From a virus (lineage: Duplodnaviria; Caudoviricetes), in the IMG/VR virus record IMGVR_UViG_3300005832_000038, positions 1 through 63,847 of that record: 63,847 nt of DNA. One strand, given 5' to 3'. Made by a program: the position numbers and the translations under genes. Below the pieces are notes generated by a model that made no database searches, was not told the DNA's origin, and saw nothing but the letters and a program-made list of their open reading frames with translations. Positions 17,061-25,317 of the stretch are shown in pieces (positions within the stretch are counted from its first letter, which is position 1; each line of letters begins with the position of its first letter).

Positions 17061-18731
17061 ATGGGCATTAGAGATAGTATCGGCCGACTAGGTAAAACGG
17101 CTTTGGGCGCGTTTGGGGAGGTACTCACAGAGTACGCGGGGGAGCCTCTAGCGAAGGCGAAGAGAGACGATAAGGACGAGGAAAAGGAGCCCAAAGCCGA
17201 CAAGGAATTAACCAGGGGCATGGTTCCTATCGAGAAAGCGACTGACGATCCCAAGTCGCTTTTTTGGGATCCCTACGCAATCATTGAACAGTTAGGATAC
17301 AAAGACCGGCCATCGATGGTTACGTACGGGACGTTGCGAGCTATGACTTGGAAAATGCCTATCGTCCAGGCCATAATCCAAACACGCCTAAATCAGTTAG
17401 CCGCGTTTTGTACTCCGCAGCATGATCGGTATCAGTTGGGATTTCGCCTTAGTTTACGGGACAGTGAGAAGGAGCCGACCAAGGCCGAGATGAAATGGAT
17501 TAGGGACATGGAATCCATTTTCATGCGGACGGGCGTTACGGATAATATCCGGGGCCGGGACGGATTAGAAGATTTCATGCGGAAAGTCATGTATGACTCG
17601 ATGGTTCTCGACCAAATGACTTTCGAGGTGGTTCCCAATCGCAAGGGGACGCCCGCAGAATGGTACGCGGTAGACGCCTCGACCATTCGGCTCGCCGATA
17701 CCGCCTCGACGCACAAAAACGAGGATTTGAAAAAAGAAATTCGGTATGTCCAAATTTACGACGGGATGATCATTTCCGAGTATACCCAAGACGAGCTTTG
17801 CTTTGGGGTACGGAATCCCCGTACTGATTTACGGCTTTACGGGTACGGCGTGAGCGAGTTGGAAATGTTAATTCCAATTATCACTAGTTTGCTCTTTTCG
17901 TTTCAGTACAATCAAAATTTCTTTACGCAGGGATCGGCGGCAAAGGGAATTATCAATTTCAAGGGAACGGTGCCAGAGCGTCAATTGCAGTCGTTCAGGC
18001 GGCAATGGTACCAGATGATTTCGGGCGTAGAGAATAGCTGGCGAACGCCGATTACTAACAGTGAGGATTTGCAATACATAAACTTGCAGCAGTCAGCCCG
18101 AGATATGGAATTTTCGGCTTGGATGGATTTCTTGATCAAAGTGACTTGCAGTTGTTTCAGCATTGATCCGGTGGAAGTCAATTTTCAGTATGGAAATTCA
18201 GGACAGAAAGCAAGTTTAGTAGAAGCGAGCAACAAAGAAAAAATTACGGAAAGTAAAGAACGCGGGTTGCGGCCGTTAATGAGTTTCTTTGCAAGGGCGA
18301 TGAACAAATACATCGTTTGGCCGATAAACGAAAATTTCGAATTCGAGTTTGTAGGCCTCGATTCCACGACGCACTCGGAAACGGCCGATTTGGCGACCAA
18401 GCAGGTAAAGAGCTACAAGACGGTAGACGAGATTAGAGCCGGGGAAGATTTACCGCCATTGCCGGAGGGCAAGGGGGAGATAATCCTCGATCCGGTCTGG
18501 ATGCAAAACCACATGGCCAGCCAGCAGGGCGAGGAGGGGATGCCCGAAGAAGGCGGGGAAGAAGGCGGCGCGGGATTCCCTCCCGGTGAAGAAGAGAACC
18601 AAGGCAAAGAAGGCGGCGAAGCAAAGAATAAGCCGGTAGACTTCCAAACGCTGTTATCCCAGTACGAAGAGGACGAGAACGAGGGCGAAACGGAAAAAAG
18701 CCTGACGCGTAGTTGGGTTGTAGAACTATGA
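17061..18731 (+). CDS. Portal protein
   Basis: YGYGVSELE, NFFTQG..KGII, DMEF..W, IDPVEVNF, ESKERGLRPL, TVDEIRA..DLPPL; SPO1/Twort-type portal pattern. Confidence 0.93.
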   Translation: MGIRDSIGRLGKTALGAFGEVLTEYAGEPLAKAKRDDKDEEKEPKADKELTRGMVPIEKATDDPKSLFWDPYAIIEQLGYKDRPSMVTYGTLRAMTWKMPIVQAIIQTRLNQLAAFCTPQHDRYQLGFRLSLRDSEKEPTKAEMKWIRDMESIFMRTGVTDNIRGRDGLEDFMRKVMYDSMVLDQMTFEVVPNRKGTPAEWYAVDASTIRLADTASTHKNEDLKKEIRYVQIYDGMIISEYTQDELCFGVRNPRTDLRLYGYGVSELEMLIPIITSLLFSFQYNQNFFTQGSAAKGIINFKGTVPERQLQSFRRQWYQMISGVENSWRTPITNSEDLQYINLQQSARDMEFSAWMDFLIKVTCSCFSIDPVEVNFQYGNSGQKASLVEASNKEKITESKERGLRPLMSFFARAMNKYIVWPINENFEFEFVGLDSTTHSETADLATKQVKSYKTVDEIRAGEDLPPLPEGKGEIILDPVWMQNHMASQQGEEGMPEEGGEEGGAGFPPGEEENQGKEGGEAKNKPVDFQTLLSQYEEDENEGETEKSLTRSWVVEL

Positions 18732-18738
18732 GGGAAAA

Positions 18739-19128
18739 ATGAGAATTAAACACAAAGTGAATGTGCGAATAGCGGACGACGCGGATTTCAAAAATTTTCT
18801 TTTCGCGCCCGACGATGCGTTATCCGAGGTAGTGATTGATTCGTATTACAGGCAGACTTCCGGTAAATTCAAAATTTTGATGAATACCGATGAGGATTTG
18901 GCCCTAGGCGATATTTCCGCAGTGAAGGGTATTTTCATCAAAGTGAATAAAGACGCCGTGGTGACGTTGAACGGGGGAGCGGAAACAATCCAACTACGTC
19001 GATCCGGGGCCACGTCTAGCGATTACGCAAAGCTGTTTCTCGAGGCCGATATTACGGCTGTGAATATCGCCGCGCCAGTTACGGAAGACATGGAAGGTCT
19101 GTTTTGCGCGTGGGGAGATACGGCGTAG
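18739..19128 (+). CDS. Putative virion structural protein
   Basis: Beta-rich 129 aa in head module. Confidence 0.55.
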   Translation: MRIKHKVNVRIADDADFKNFLFAPDDALSEVVIDSYYRQTSGKFKILMNTDEDLALGDISAVKGIFIKVNKDAVVTLNGGAETIQLRRSGATSSDYAKLFLEADITAVNIAAPVTEDMEGLFCAWGDTA

Positions 19129-19138
19129 AGGGGGAAAC

Positions 19139-19393
19139 ATGCGTTTAGAATTGAAGGCAACCGAACGGGAGCTAGCCGAAAAGTCTACCGAACTTGTTTC
19201 CCAGTTGGAAGCGTTATTCCGAAACGTCGCGCCCGATACGGCCGAGCTATTGAGGAAAGCTTTGCCTGAAAAAGCAGTGACGTTGCGTCACCCAGCGCTT
19301 CATGATCTGCATAAACAAACAAGCGTTTTATACAAAGATCACATCGACAGAATGTTGGCGGCCATCGGTAGGGTTATGGATCGCAGTCTATGA
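19139..19393 (+). CDS. Small helical protein with LRKA/EKA sites
   Basis: RBS; head module. Confidence 0.55.
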   Translation: MRLELKATERELAEKSTELVSQLEALFRNVAPDTAELLRKALPEKAVTLRHPALHDLHKQTSVLYKDHIDRMLAAIGRVMDRSL

Positions 19394-19590
19394 CGCAAGA
19401 CACAATCAAGCCAGGGCAAATCTATTTTGACGTAATAGCCATGGACGGTTGGCGATACGTCAAGGTGGTTTCGGTGTCTAAAAACTTTGTCGAAGTAGAA
19501 TTCTTAGAACCAAAATCTTATTGGGGATTGGTCTATGGCACGCTCACTAAAGACGAGATATTAACACGGTACCGATTAGCCGAATGGTAG
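19390..19590 (+). CDS. Small SH3/KOW-like hypothetical protein
   Basis: ATGA overlap; IKPGQ..VKVVSV..VEVEF. Confidence 0.5.
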   Translation: MTQDTIKPGQIYFDVIAMDGWRYVKVVSVSKNFVEVEFLEPKSYWGLVYGTLTKDEILTRYRLAEW

Positions 19591-19600
19591 GGGTGATACA

Positions 19601-22600
19601 ATGTTGTTTACCGCAGCACAGCTACACGAAATAAAAGAAATCATAAAGGACTACCACGACGCGTTCATTATCAACGCGGTAGACGACAAAGCATTACCAG
19701 AAGAAATCATAAAACGGTTAAAGGAAAAGGGCCTAATCGATCCCCAAGTCAATTCGATAAAAGACGCCTATTTGTACGGGCAAGTATTGGCCATGCTCGA
19801 GACCAAGCAAATAGCCGATATGTCGTATCCAGAATTCAAGGCGTACGTGAAGAAAAACCCGATACCGCTAACAGCGGTCGAGCGCCAGGCGGCACAAATG
19901 GCGGCGTTGCACGCGGGCCAGTATTGCCAGGGTTTAGGGAACAAGATCGGGGCAACAGTAGGTAGTGATTTAATTGAGGCGGATTCAAAATTGCGTGCAC
20001 GATTAGAAACGGATATTCGCACGGCGACCGCCGAAAACATAGTGAAACGCGAAACCGTAAAACAGCTTAAAACTGATTTGGGTTGGAAAACAAAGGACTG
20101 GGCGCGGGACTGGGATAGAATCGCGGTAACAGAAAAACAAACGGCGATGCAAGAGGGCGTAGCCGACGGGATACGCAAAGAGCACGGGGGAGAGGCCTAC
20201 GTGTCCAAGATCCCGCAACCGGGCGCTTGTAACCATTGCCTACGCCTTCACGTTGGTCCAGACGGGAACCCAAGAATTTTCAAGCTCTCTACCCTGGAAA
20301 ATAACGGAACTAATTTTGGGAAGAAAGCGCAAGACTGGGATCCGGTAGTGGGGGCAGTTCATCCCAATTGTCAATGTACATTAGTGAGGGTTCCCAAGGG
20401 TTGGGGGTACGATGAAGAGGGAATTCTAGTACCAGGGGGAAAAGGCGGAGTCAAGTACGAAGACGAGCAAGCGATGTCCCGAGCAGTGAAGGCCGAAGAT
20501 GATCTACAGAAGTCGTTAGCGCAATTTGACATTCAATTTACGAAATCCGGCTCGAATGGCTTGGGGAGTAACATTGTACTTGGCGGCGATTTCTTGGAGC
20601 GTAACGCCTTGGTGGTAAAGGGTGATTGCTTTTTCTCTTGGCCAGAGGCGGCGCGAACGATTATTTCTAGTTGGGCGTGTGATCGGGAGACCATGATTAA
20701 GAAAGACTTTTCGGACGCCTGTTTGCGTCGCTCCCAATCTACGGGCAATTTCACCGATGCATTGACCTTCATTCCAGAGGAGAACAGCTTTATCCAGATC
20801 CCACATGCGAGGACCCCAATGTTCCCTACGGTGTTCCGTGGGTGTTTTGATCTCCAAGTTGGAGATCGCGTTATTAAGGCCGTTCCCGTCTTTGTGGTGG
20901 ACCAACTCGGAGGAAAGGAGTGGGCGGCGCAAATGGCGCTCCATAATAACCCTATGTTCAAGGCGTTGTCGGCCATTATCCCAGATAAGCCGGTATTGTG
21001 TTTTGGCATTAGGGAATTGTCTGATGTGTCCGCCTTTAAATCGCATGAAGCCCAAGATATACTTGGAGACAATAAAAGGCAAGGGATTGCTAATACTAAA
21101 CCAAAAACCGGGGAAATGGGCAAGTCGGGAATCAAGCTCGTACTCCCGGTGGAAGACACCTTATTGAAGGCGGGGAAAGTCGGCGGGAAGTACATCCGGC
21201 GGGTGCCGTATACCGACAAAAACGGCAAACAACGATACCGGTATTTTTACGCAGAGTCAGCGGTTGCGCGGGACGTGAAGGCGGGGGAATCAATCCGATT
21301 AGGCGAAGATTTGGTTCAAGTCGAGAAGGTGGAACCGAACGGCACGGTGCACTTGCGCTCGAAAAACCAAACGTTCGTTATAAAGGGCCACCAATGGTCT
21401 ACCTTTGTTTCAGAATTTTACGGCCAGGCTTATTTCAAGTGGGCCGAAAAACGAGCTATGCAATCCGTCAACGCGGTATTGCAGCACGTTCCACGGGAAT
21501 TGCTCGGGGAGCTAAAGGGATCTACTGATAAGGCTCGACTAGCCGATCTGAAAAAGCGCGTACCGGACGTTTACACGAAACTGCAAAAGTCTTTCTCCAG
21601 GGCCGGGGTGAACCCTTTCCGAGCAAAAGAGGTGATCGGGGCCGCGCTCGAGCGGAGGGGTTGGGAAGTGGAGGCCAGGGCGGCGGTAATCGGAGACGTG
21701 ATTACCAAGCGTAACAATGATTACCGCACAACAATTCGGGCAGCGGAAAACCTCGCGGGCGGGAAAGTCGTTAAGCTCGGCCATGTCGCAGCGGTAACCG
21801 AGATTAGACGGGAAATGCAAGCGGTCGAGCCGGAGCCCACGAAAGAGCCACCAAAGAAACGGGCGAAGGGTAAAAAGAGGGCAAAGGAAAAGCCCAAAGA
21901 AGAGCCTAAAGATCCTATCGCCGAGGTGGCCGAGAAGGCCGAAAAAGAAATCTCAAAGTTGAGCGCTTTGCTCGAACAAGCTCGTGGAGGGACGGCCGAG
22001 GACGCGGCGCAAACCCTGGCAACCGCTCTTTCATCGGAATCGATTCAAAAACTTTTGTTGATTGCGAAGGCTTTCCCAGGCCTCGCCGACAAGGCGATAG
22101 AACCGGCCCGCGAAGTCATGCTCCAAGTGCCCAGCGTAGCCACGGTCAGCGAGCCGAAAGCGGTAGGTAGCTCGACAACGGTATTTGTTGCCGGGGAAGC
22201 AGGCCAGGCTAAGGGCCTCACAGCGCGTTACAAATTAATGGAAGCCGACGACGTGATAGCGAGTCACGATCCACGGTCGTTTAACCAAAGGAAAGATTAT
22301 CCCGAGGGAATTCAGGAACGCGCCTATCATCGAGATAAAATGGAACAAGCAAAAGTCATGCGCAACGCGCAAAGACTATCGCCGGAATTCGTGGTCAATA
22401 CCAATCCCGACGCTGTGAATGGTCCGCCGATTATGAGCGCGGACGGGGTAGTGCTCGGGGGTAACAGCCGAACGATGTCTATGCAGTTGGCGTACGCGAA
22501 ACACCCCGAGAAAGCAGACCAGTTGCGGGCATACTTGGCCGAGCACGCGCACGAAACAGGATTCTCGCCGGAAGACGTGAAGGCTTTCAAAAACCCGATC

Positions 22601-24976
22601 CTGGTACGAGTAGTTGACGAGGGTGGGAATACCAAAACAGAAAAACAGCTCCTCGTACGGCAAATGAATGAATCGTTCACGCAGAGCATGGACCCCAGGA
22701 CAATGCAGGTTGCCATGGGTAGAAAATTAACCGATACGGCGGTAGAAGCACTGGGTGAGGCCATGGACGCCGACGAAACATTGGGCGCGTTTTTGGGGAA
22801 GAAAAAAGCAGATCCGTTTATTACCGAGCTTCGAAACGTGGGTTTGATAGACCAACGCAACGCTAATCAGTATTTCGATAAAGACGGCACGATGAACGCG
22901 GACGGGAAAACCTTGGTTTCCCGTGTCCTGGTAGGCCGGATGATTGGTGACGCTGATTTATTAAGCGCCACAAGACCGTCAATTATAGAAAATCTAGCGC
23001 AAAGCGTGCCGTACATGGCACAAGCCCAGAAAAACGGCAAAGGGTACGATTTAGGCGATGATATACGGGTATCCTTGGACGCCTACAATTACCTGCAAAA
23101 TCAAATTGATAGAGGAACGGCAAAGGCATTAAAGCCTGATATGTCTTCGCAGGACTTCAAAAACTTGTTTGCCCAGATGGGCCTTGGGGCCGTCGAAGAG
23201 GAACACCCCGTAACGAAAAATTCCCGAGCGATGAGTTTACTCGAAGTAATGATTAGGCGTCCGGGCAAAAATCAAATTTCAAAACTGTTTAGGGGCTATG
23301 CTGCGGTAGCGAAAGAAAATCCCGAAGGCCAGGCGGGTTTATTGGGTGCGGCGCGTACACCTATCGAAGTATTCAACGAGGTAGTTCAAAGGCACCTAAA
23401 AAGCACCGGACCAAAGAAAGCGAAACCGACGGAAACCCCGGAGCAAGAAGCGGCGGGGAGTTTGTTTATGAGTGTAGAGCCCAGTCGACCACTTAGGCAA
23501 CCGTCATTCGCAGTCGATAGCCTTAGAAAGGCCGGGCCTTTTATTGGTCCGCGTGGGGGTAAATGGGCGGACGCCAAAATGACGATCCCCTGGAAAGAGG
23601 AAAAGAAATCCCCGTTAATTGGGTTGAAATTAGAGATTAAACCCCACGAAAAAATGGGCATGTACGACGTTACGTTCCATGTAGTGGACGCGAAAGACGG
23701 CAAGGTTCGTCTTTCGAAGGATAAGGACGGGGAATTCGGGCCATGGGTTCCCGAGGAGTCTTTGTCTCATCTAAAAAATGACTTAGAGGGTAAAGTTGAT
23801 TTACCGGTAAGGTCGAAAAATGAAACCGTAAATGCAGTGCTCGACGGCAAAGCGGAATTTTTGGGGAAGGGTGACGACGGGTTAGCTTTTCGCGTAGGCG
23901 ATAAAGTTGTGAAGGTATCAACGCCCGTGCCGTATCATCCAGAAAATAATATGTATTTAACGCCGGAAAAAGCGGTGGATCGCTTAAGAAAGCAAGCAGA
24001 AGTAGGCAACGAATTGGCGGACATAAAAGGGGTACAACGATCCGAGTTCATTTCGGGCCACGGTAAGGGGTTTCAAATAAAAGATTGGGTAGAGATACCG
24101 AAGAAATTCACACGCGAACAATTAGACCAGATTCAAAAAACGGTTATCGAGATACACAAACGAGGGTACTCGATAAACGATACCATCCAGCCAGGGTTAG
24201 ATAAAAACGGTGAACCGGTTTTGTTCGATATTGGCAAGGCGGACAAAGCGCGTGGTACGGGAATGATGTCAGATAAAGAATCTGATATGAGCAATTTGTC
24301 ATTATTGTACCGAGATAGCGGGGAGCATTTTGTTAGGTTGGACGTAGACAAAACAAAGCAAGCTTGGCAACATTTCGAAGGTATGTTGAAGCATTATTTG
24401 GAAACAGAATCATTTGATTACGCACGAAAGAAATTAGATAAAGCCGTAGCAAAGAGGGAAAAAGATATTCGAGCAAAGTACAAAGGGAAAGAGCTAAAAG
24501 CAGAGCTGGATCTGCTAGACTTTGAAAAAGACGATTTGATGTTCGATATTGAGCACGCGGAAAAGAAGGCGGGGAAGCCCGAGCTTACCAAGGGACTGAA
24601 CGCGACGATAGCGACGGCGGGTACGTACTCCGGGGACAAGTCGCCGGGCCCAGGTTTGGGTGTGAACTACGCAATCAAAACGCCCTCGAAAAAGAAGCCC
24701 AAGAGAAAGCAGATTAAGGATGAGGACGATCCCACGGGGATGAAAAGGGCGCTGAAAAACCCGAATCCTAGAGCTACGCAAACCGTGACTATCGATAAAG
24801 CTACTTACACCGGTTTCAGGGGGGTAAATACCGTACACAAATACGTCCTACCGGAACAAGCCCGCCGGGATGGTATCGCCGATGAAATTTCGAGAAACCG
24901 GGGACACCTTGAACGGGAAATCGAGCGCCACCAAACGCCGGGAAACAGGGTGAATATTAAACGGGAGCAAGAGTAA
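19601..24976 (+). CDS. MuF (phage head morphogenesis) polyvalent polyprotein: MuF, antisense-HNH spacer, helical region, ddrB-type ParB-like domain, kinase-like domain
   Basis: RIAVTE, ACNHC..HPNCQC (MuF); SHD..QER..GPPI..GVVLGGNSR (ParB-like); LGKGDDGLAF..VVKV..DIG (kinase fold). Confidence 0.8.
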   Translation: MLFTAAQLHEIKEIIKDYHDAFIINAVDDKALPEEIIKRLKEKGLIDPQVNSIKDAYLYGQVLAMLETKQIADMSYPEFKAYVKKNPIPLTAVERQAAQMAALHAGQYCQGLGNKIGATVGSDLIEADSKLRARLETDIRTATAENIVKRETVKQLKTDLGWKTKDWARDWDRIAVTEKQTAMQEGVADGIRKEHGGEAYVSKIPQPGACNHCLRLHVGPDGNPRIFKLSTLENNGTNFGKKAQDWDPVVGAVHPNCQCTLVRVPKGWGYDEEGILVPGGKGGVKYEDEQAMSRAVKAEDDLQKSLAQFDIQFTKSGSNGLGSNIVLGGDFLERNALVVKGDCFFSWPEAARTIISSWACDRETMIKKDFSDACLRRSQSTGNFTDALTFIPEENSFIQIPHARTPMFPTVFRGCFDLQVGDRVIKAVPVFVVDQLGGKEWAAQMALHNNPMFKALSAIIPDKPVLCFGIRELSDVSAFKSHEAQDILGDNKRQGIANTKPKTGEMGKSGIKLVLPVEDTLLKAGKVGGKYIRRVPYTDKNGKQRYRYFYAESAVARDVKAGESIRLGEDLVQVEKVEPNGTVHLRSKNQTFVIKGHQWSTFVSEFYGQAYFKWAEKRAMQSVNAVLQHVPRELLGELKGSTDKARLADLKKRVPDVYTKLQKSFSRAGVNPFRAKEVIGAALERRGWEVEARAAVIGDVITKRNNDYRTTIRAAENLAGGKVVKLGHVAAVTEIRREMQAVEPEPTKEPPKKRAKGKKRAKEKPKEEPKDPIAEVAEKAEKEISKLSALLEQARGGTAEDAAQTLATALSSESIQKLLLIAKAFPGLADKAIEPAREVMLQVPSVATVSEPKAVGSSTTVFVAGEAGQAKGLTARYKLMEADDVIASHDPRSFNQRKDYPEGIQERAYHRDKMEQAKVMRNAQRLSPEFVVNTNPDAVNGPPIMSADGVVLGGNSRTMSMQLAYAKHPEKADQLRAYLAEHAHETGFSPEDVKAFKNPILVRVVDEGGNTKTEKQLLVRQMNESFTQSMDPRTMQVAMGRKLTDTAVEALGEAMDADETLGAFLGKKKADPFITELRNVGLIDQRNANQYFDKDGTMNADGKTLVSRVLVGRMIGDADLLSATRPSIIENLAQSVPYMAQAQKNGKGYDLGDDIRVSLDAYNYLQNQIDRGTAKALKPDMSSQDFKNLFAQMGLGAVEEEHPVTKNSRAMSLLEVMIRRPGKNQISKLFRGYAAVAKENPEGQAGLLGAARTPIEVFNEVVQRHLKSTGPKKAKPTETPEQEAAGSLFMSVEPSRPLRQPSFAVDSLRKAGPFIGPRGGKWADAKMTIPWKEEKKSPLIGLKLEIKPHEKMGMYDVTFHVVDAKDGKVRLSKDKDGEFGPWVPEESLSHLKNDLEGKVDLPVRSKNETVNAVLDGKAEFLGKGDDGLAFRVGDKVVKVSTPVPYHPENNMYLTPEKAVDRLRKQAEVGNELADIKGVQRSEFISGHGKGFQIKDWVEIPKKFTREQLDQIQKTVIEIHKRGYSINDTIQPGLDKNGEPVLFDIGKADKARGTGMMSDKESDMSNLSLLYRDSGEHFVRLDVDKTKQAWQHFEGMLKHYLETESFDYARKKLDKAVAKREKDIRAKYKGKELKAELDLLDFEKDDLMFDIEHAEKKAGKPELTKGLNATIATAGTYSGDKSPGPGLGVNYAIKTPSKKKPKRKQIKDEDDPTGMKRALKNPNPRATQTVTIDKATYTGFRGVNTVHKYVLPEQARRDGIADEISRNRGHLEREIERHQTPGNRVNIKREQE
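20516..21046 (-). CDS. HNH endonuclease with two C-terminal HTH domains, nested antisense in the MuF gene
   Basis: EHRVIMERHLRRPL..VHHKDGNGLNNAISNL..EH (HNH_3); IGEIARRLGAT and LQEIAAKYNVT; own promoter. Confidence 0.9.
   Translation of the reverse strand: MRFKGGHIRQFPNAKTQYRLIWDNGRQRLEHRVIMERHLRRPLLSSELVHHKDGNGLNNAISNLEIKTPTEHRREHWGPRMWDLDKAVLLWNEGQCIGEIARRLGATQTGVRKVFLNHGLPITRPTRNNRSRRLWPREKAITLYHQGVTLQEIAAKYNVTPQAIRAGFRKLNVKLR
21054..21082 (-). promoter_or_regulatory. Sigma70-type promoter for the antisense HNH gene (likely leaderless mRNA)
   Basis: Minus strand reads TTGCCT-N17-TATCTT-N7-ATG. Confidence 0.6.
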
Positions 24977-24986
24977 AAGGGGTATC

Positions 24987-25184
24987 ATGCGTTGTCCCGA
25001 ATGCGGTAATCATTTACTCCAAAAGTCTGGGAAACGTACTCGATTGCGGGTTAAAGGCCCGCTGTTTTTCGAAGATGACAAGTGCCAGACACAGTGTTTT
25101 TGGTGTAAGGCGTGGGTTATTGTTCCCGTGCAATTAGACGGGGGAATACTCGTCCAAAATGAGCAGTTTTTGTTAAAGCGTTAG
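24987..25184 (+). CDS. Small zinc-ribbon protein
   Basis: CPEC...CFWC; LLQKS motif. Confidence 0.7.
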   Translation: MRCPECGNHLLQKSGKRTRLRVKGPLFFEDDKCQTQCFWCKAWVIVPVQLDGGILVQNEQFLLKR

Positions 25185-25189
25185 AAAGC

Positions 25190-25217
25190 TTGACTAATCC
25201 CTAAATTCCTTTAGTTT
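25190..25217 (+). promoter_or_regulatory. Possible promoter for the protease-scaffold-capsid operon
   Basis: TTGACT-N16-TAGTTT in an intergenic gap. Confidence 0.35.
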
Positions 25218-25317
25218 CAGTTGTAGCACGGTAATACTACGGTAGGCTCGTTACAGGGATTTATCCCGCTTGGAGCGAACGTAAAAACAAGGCGTTCGCT
25301 TTTTTCGCGGGGTAAAC

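Noticed and set aside
20510-21120. Group I intron or intein explanation for the HNH insert
   Set aside because: No Cys/Ser...His-Asn Hint blocks on the plus strand, and almost the whole insert is used by the HNH ORF and promoter, leaving no obvious ribozyme core. Not formally excluded without RT-PCR.
20533-21228. Second minus-strand ORF (231 aa) and plus-strand ORF 20805-21167 overlapping the HNH insert
   Set aside because: No motifs and no clear RBS; only the 20516 frame encodes a recognisable domain.
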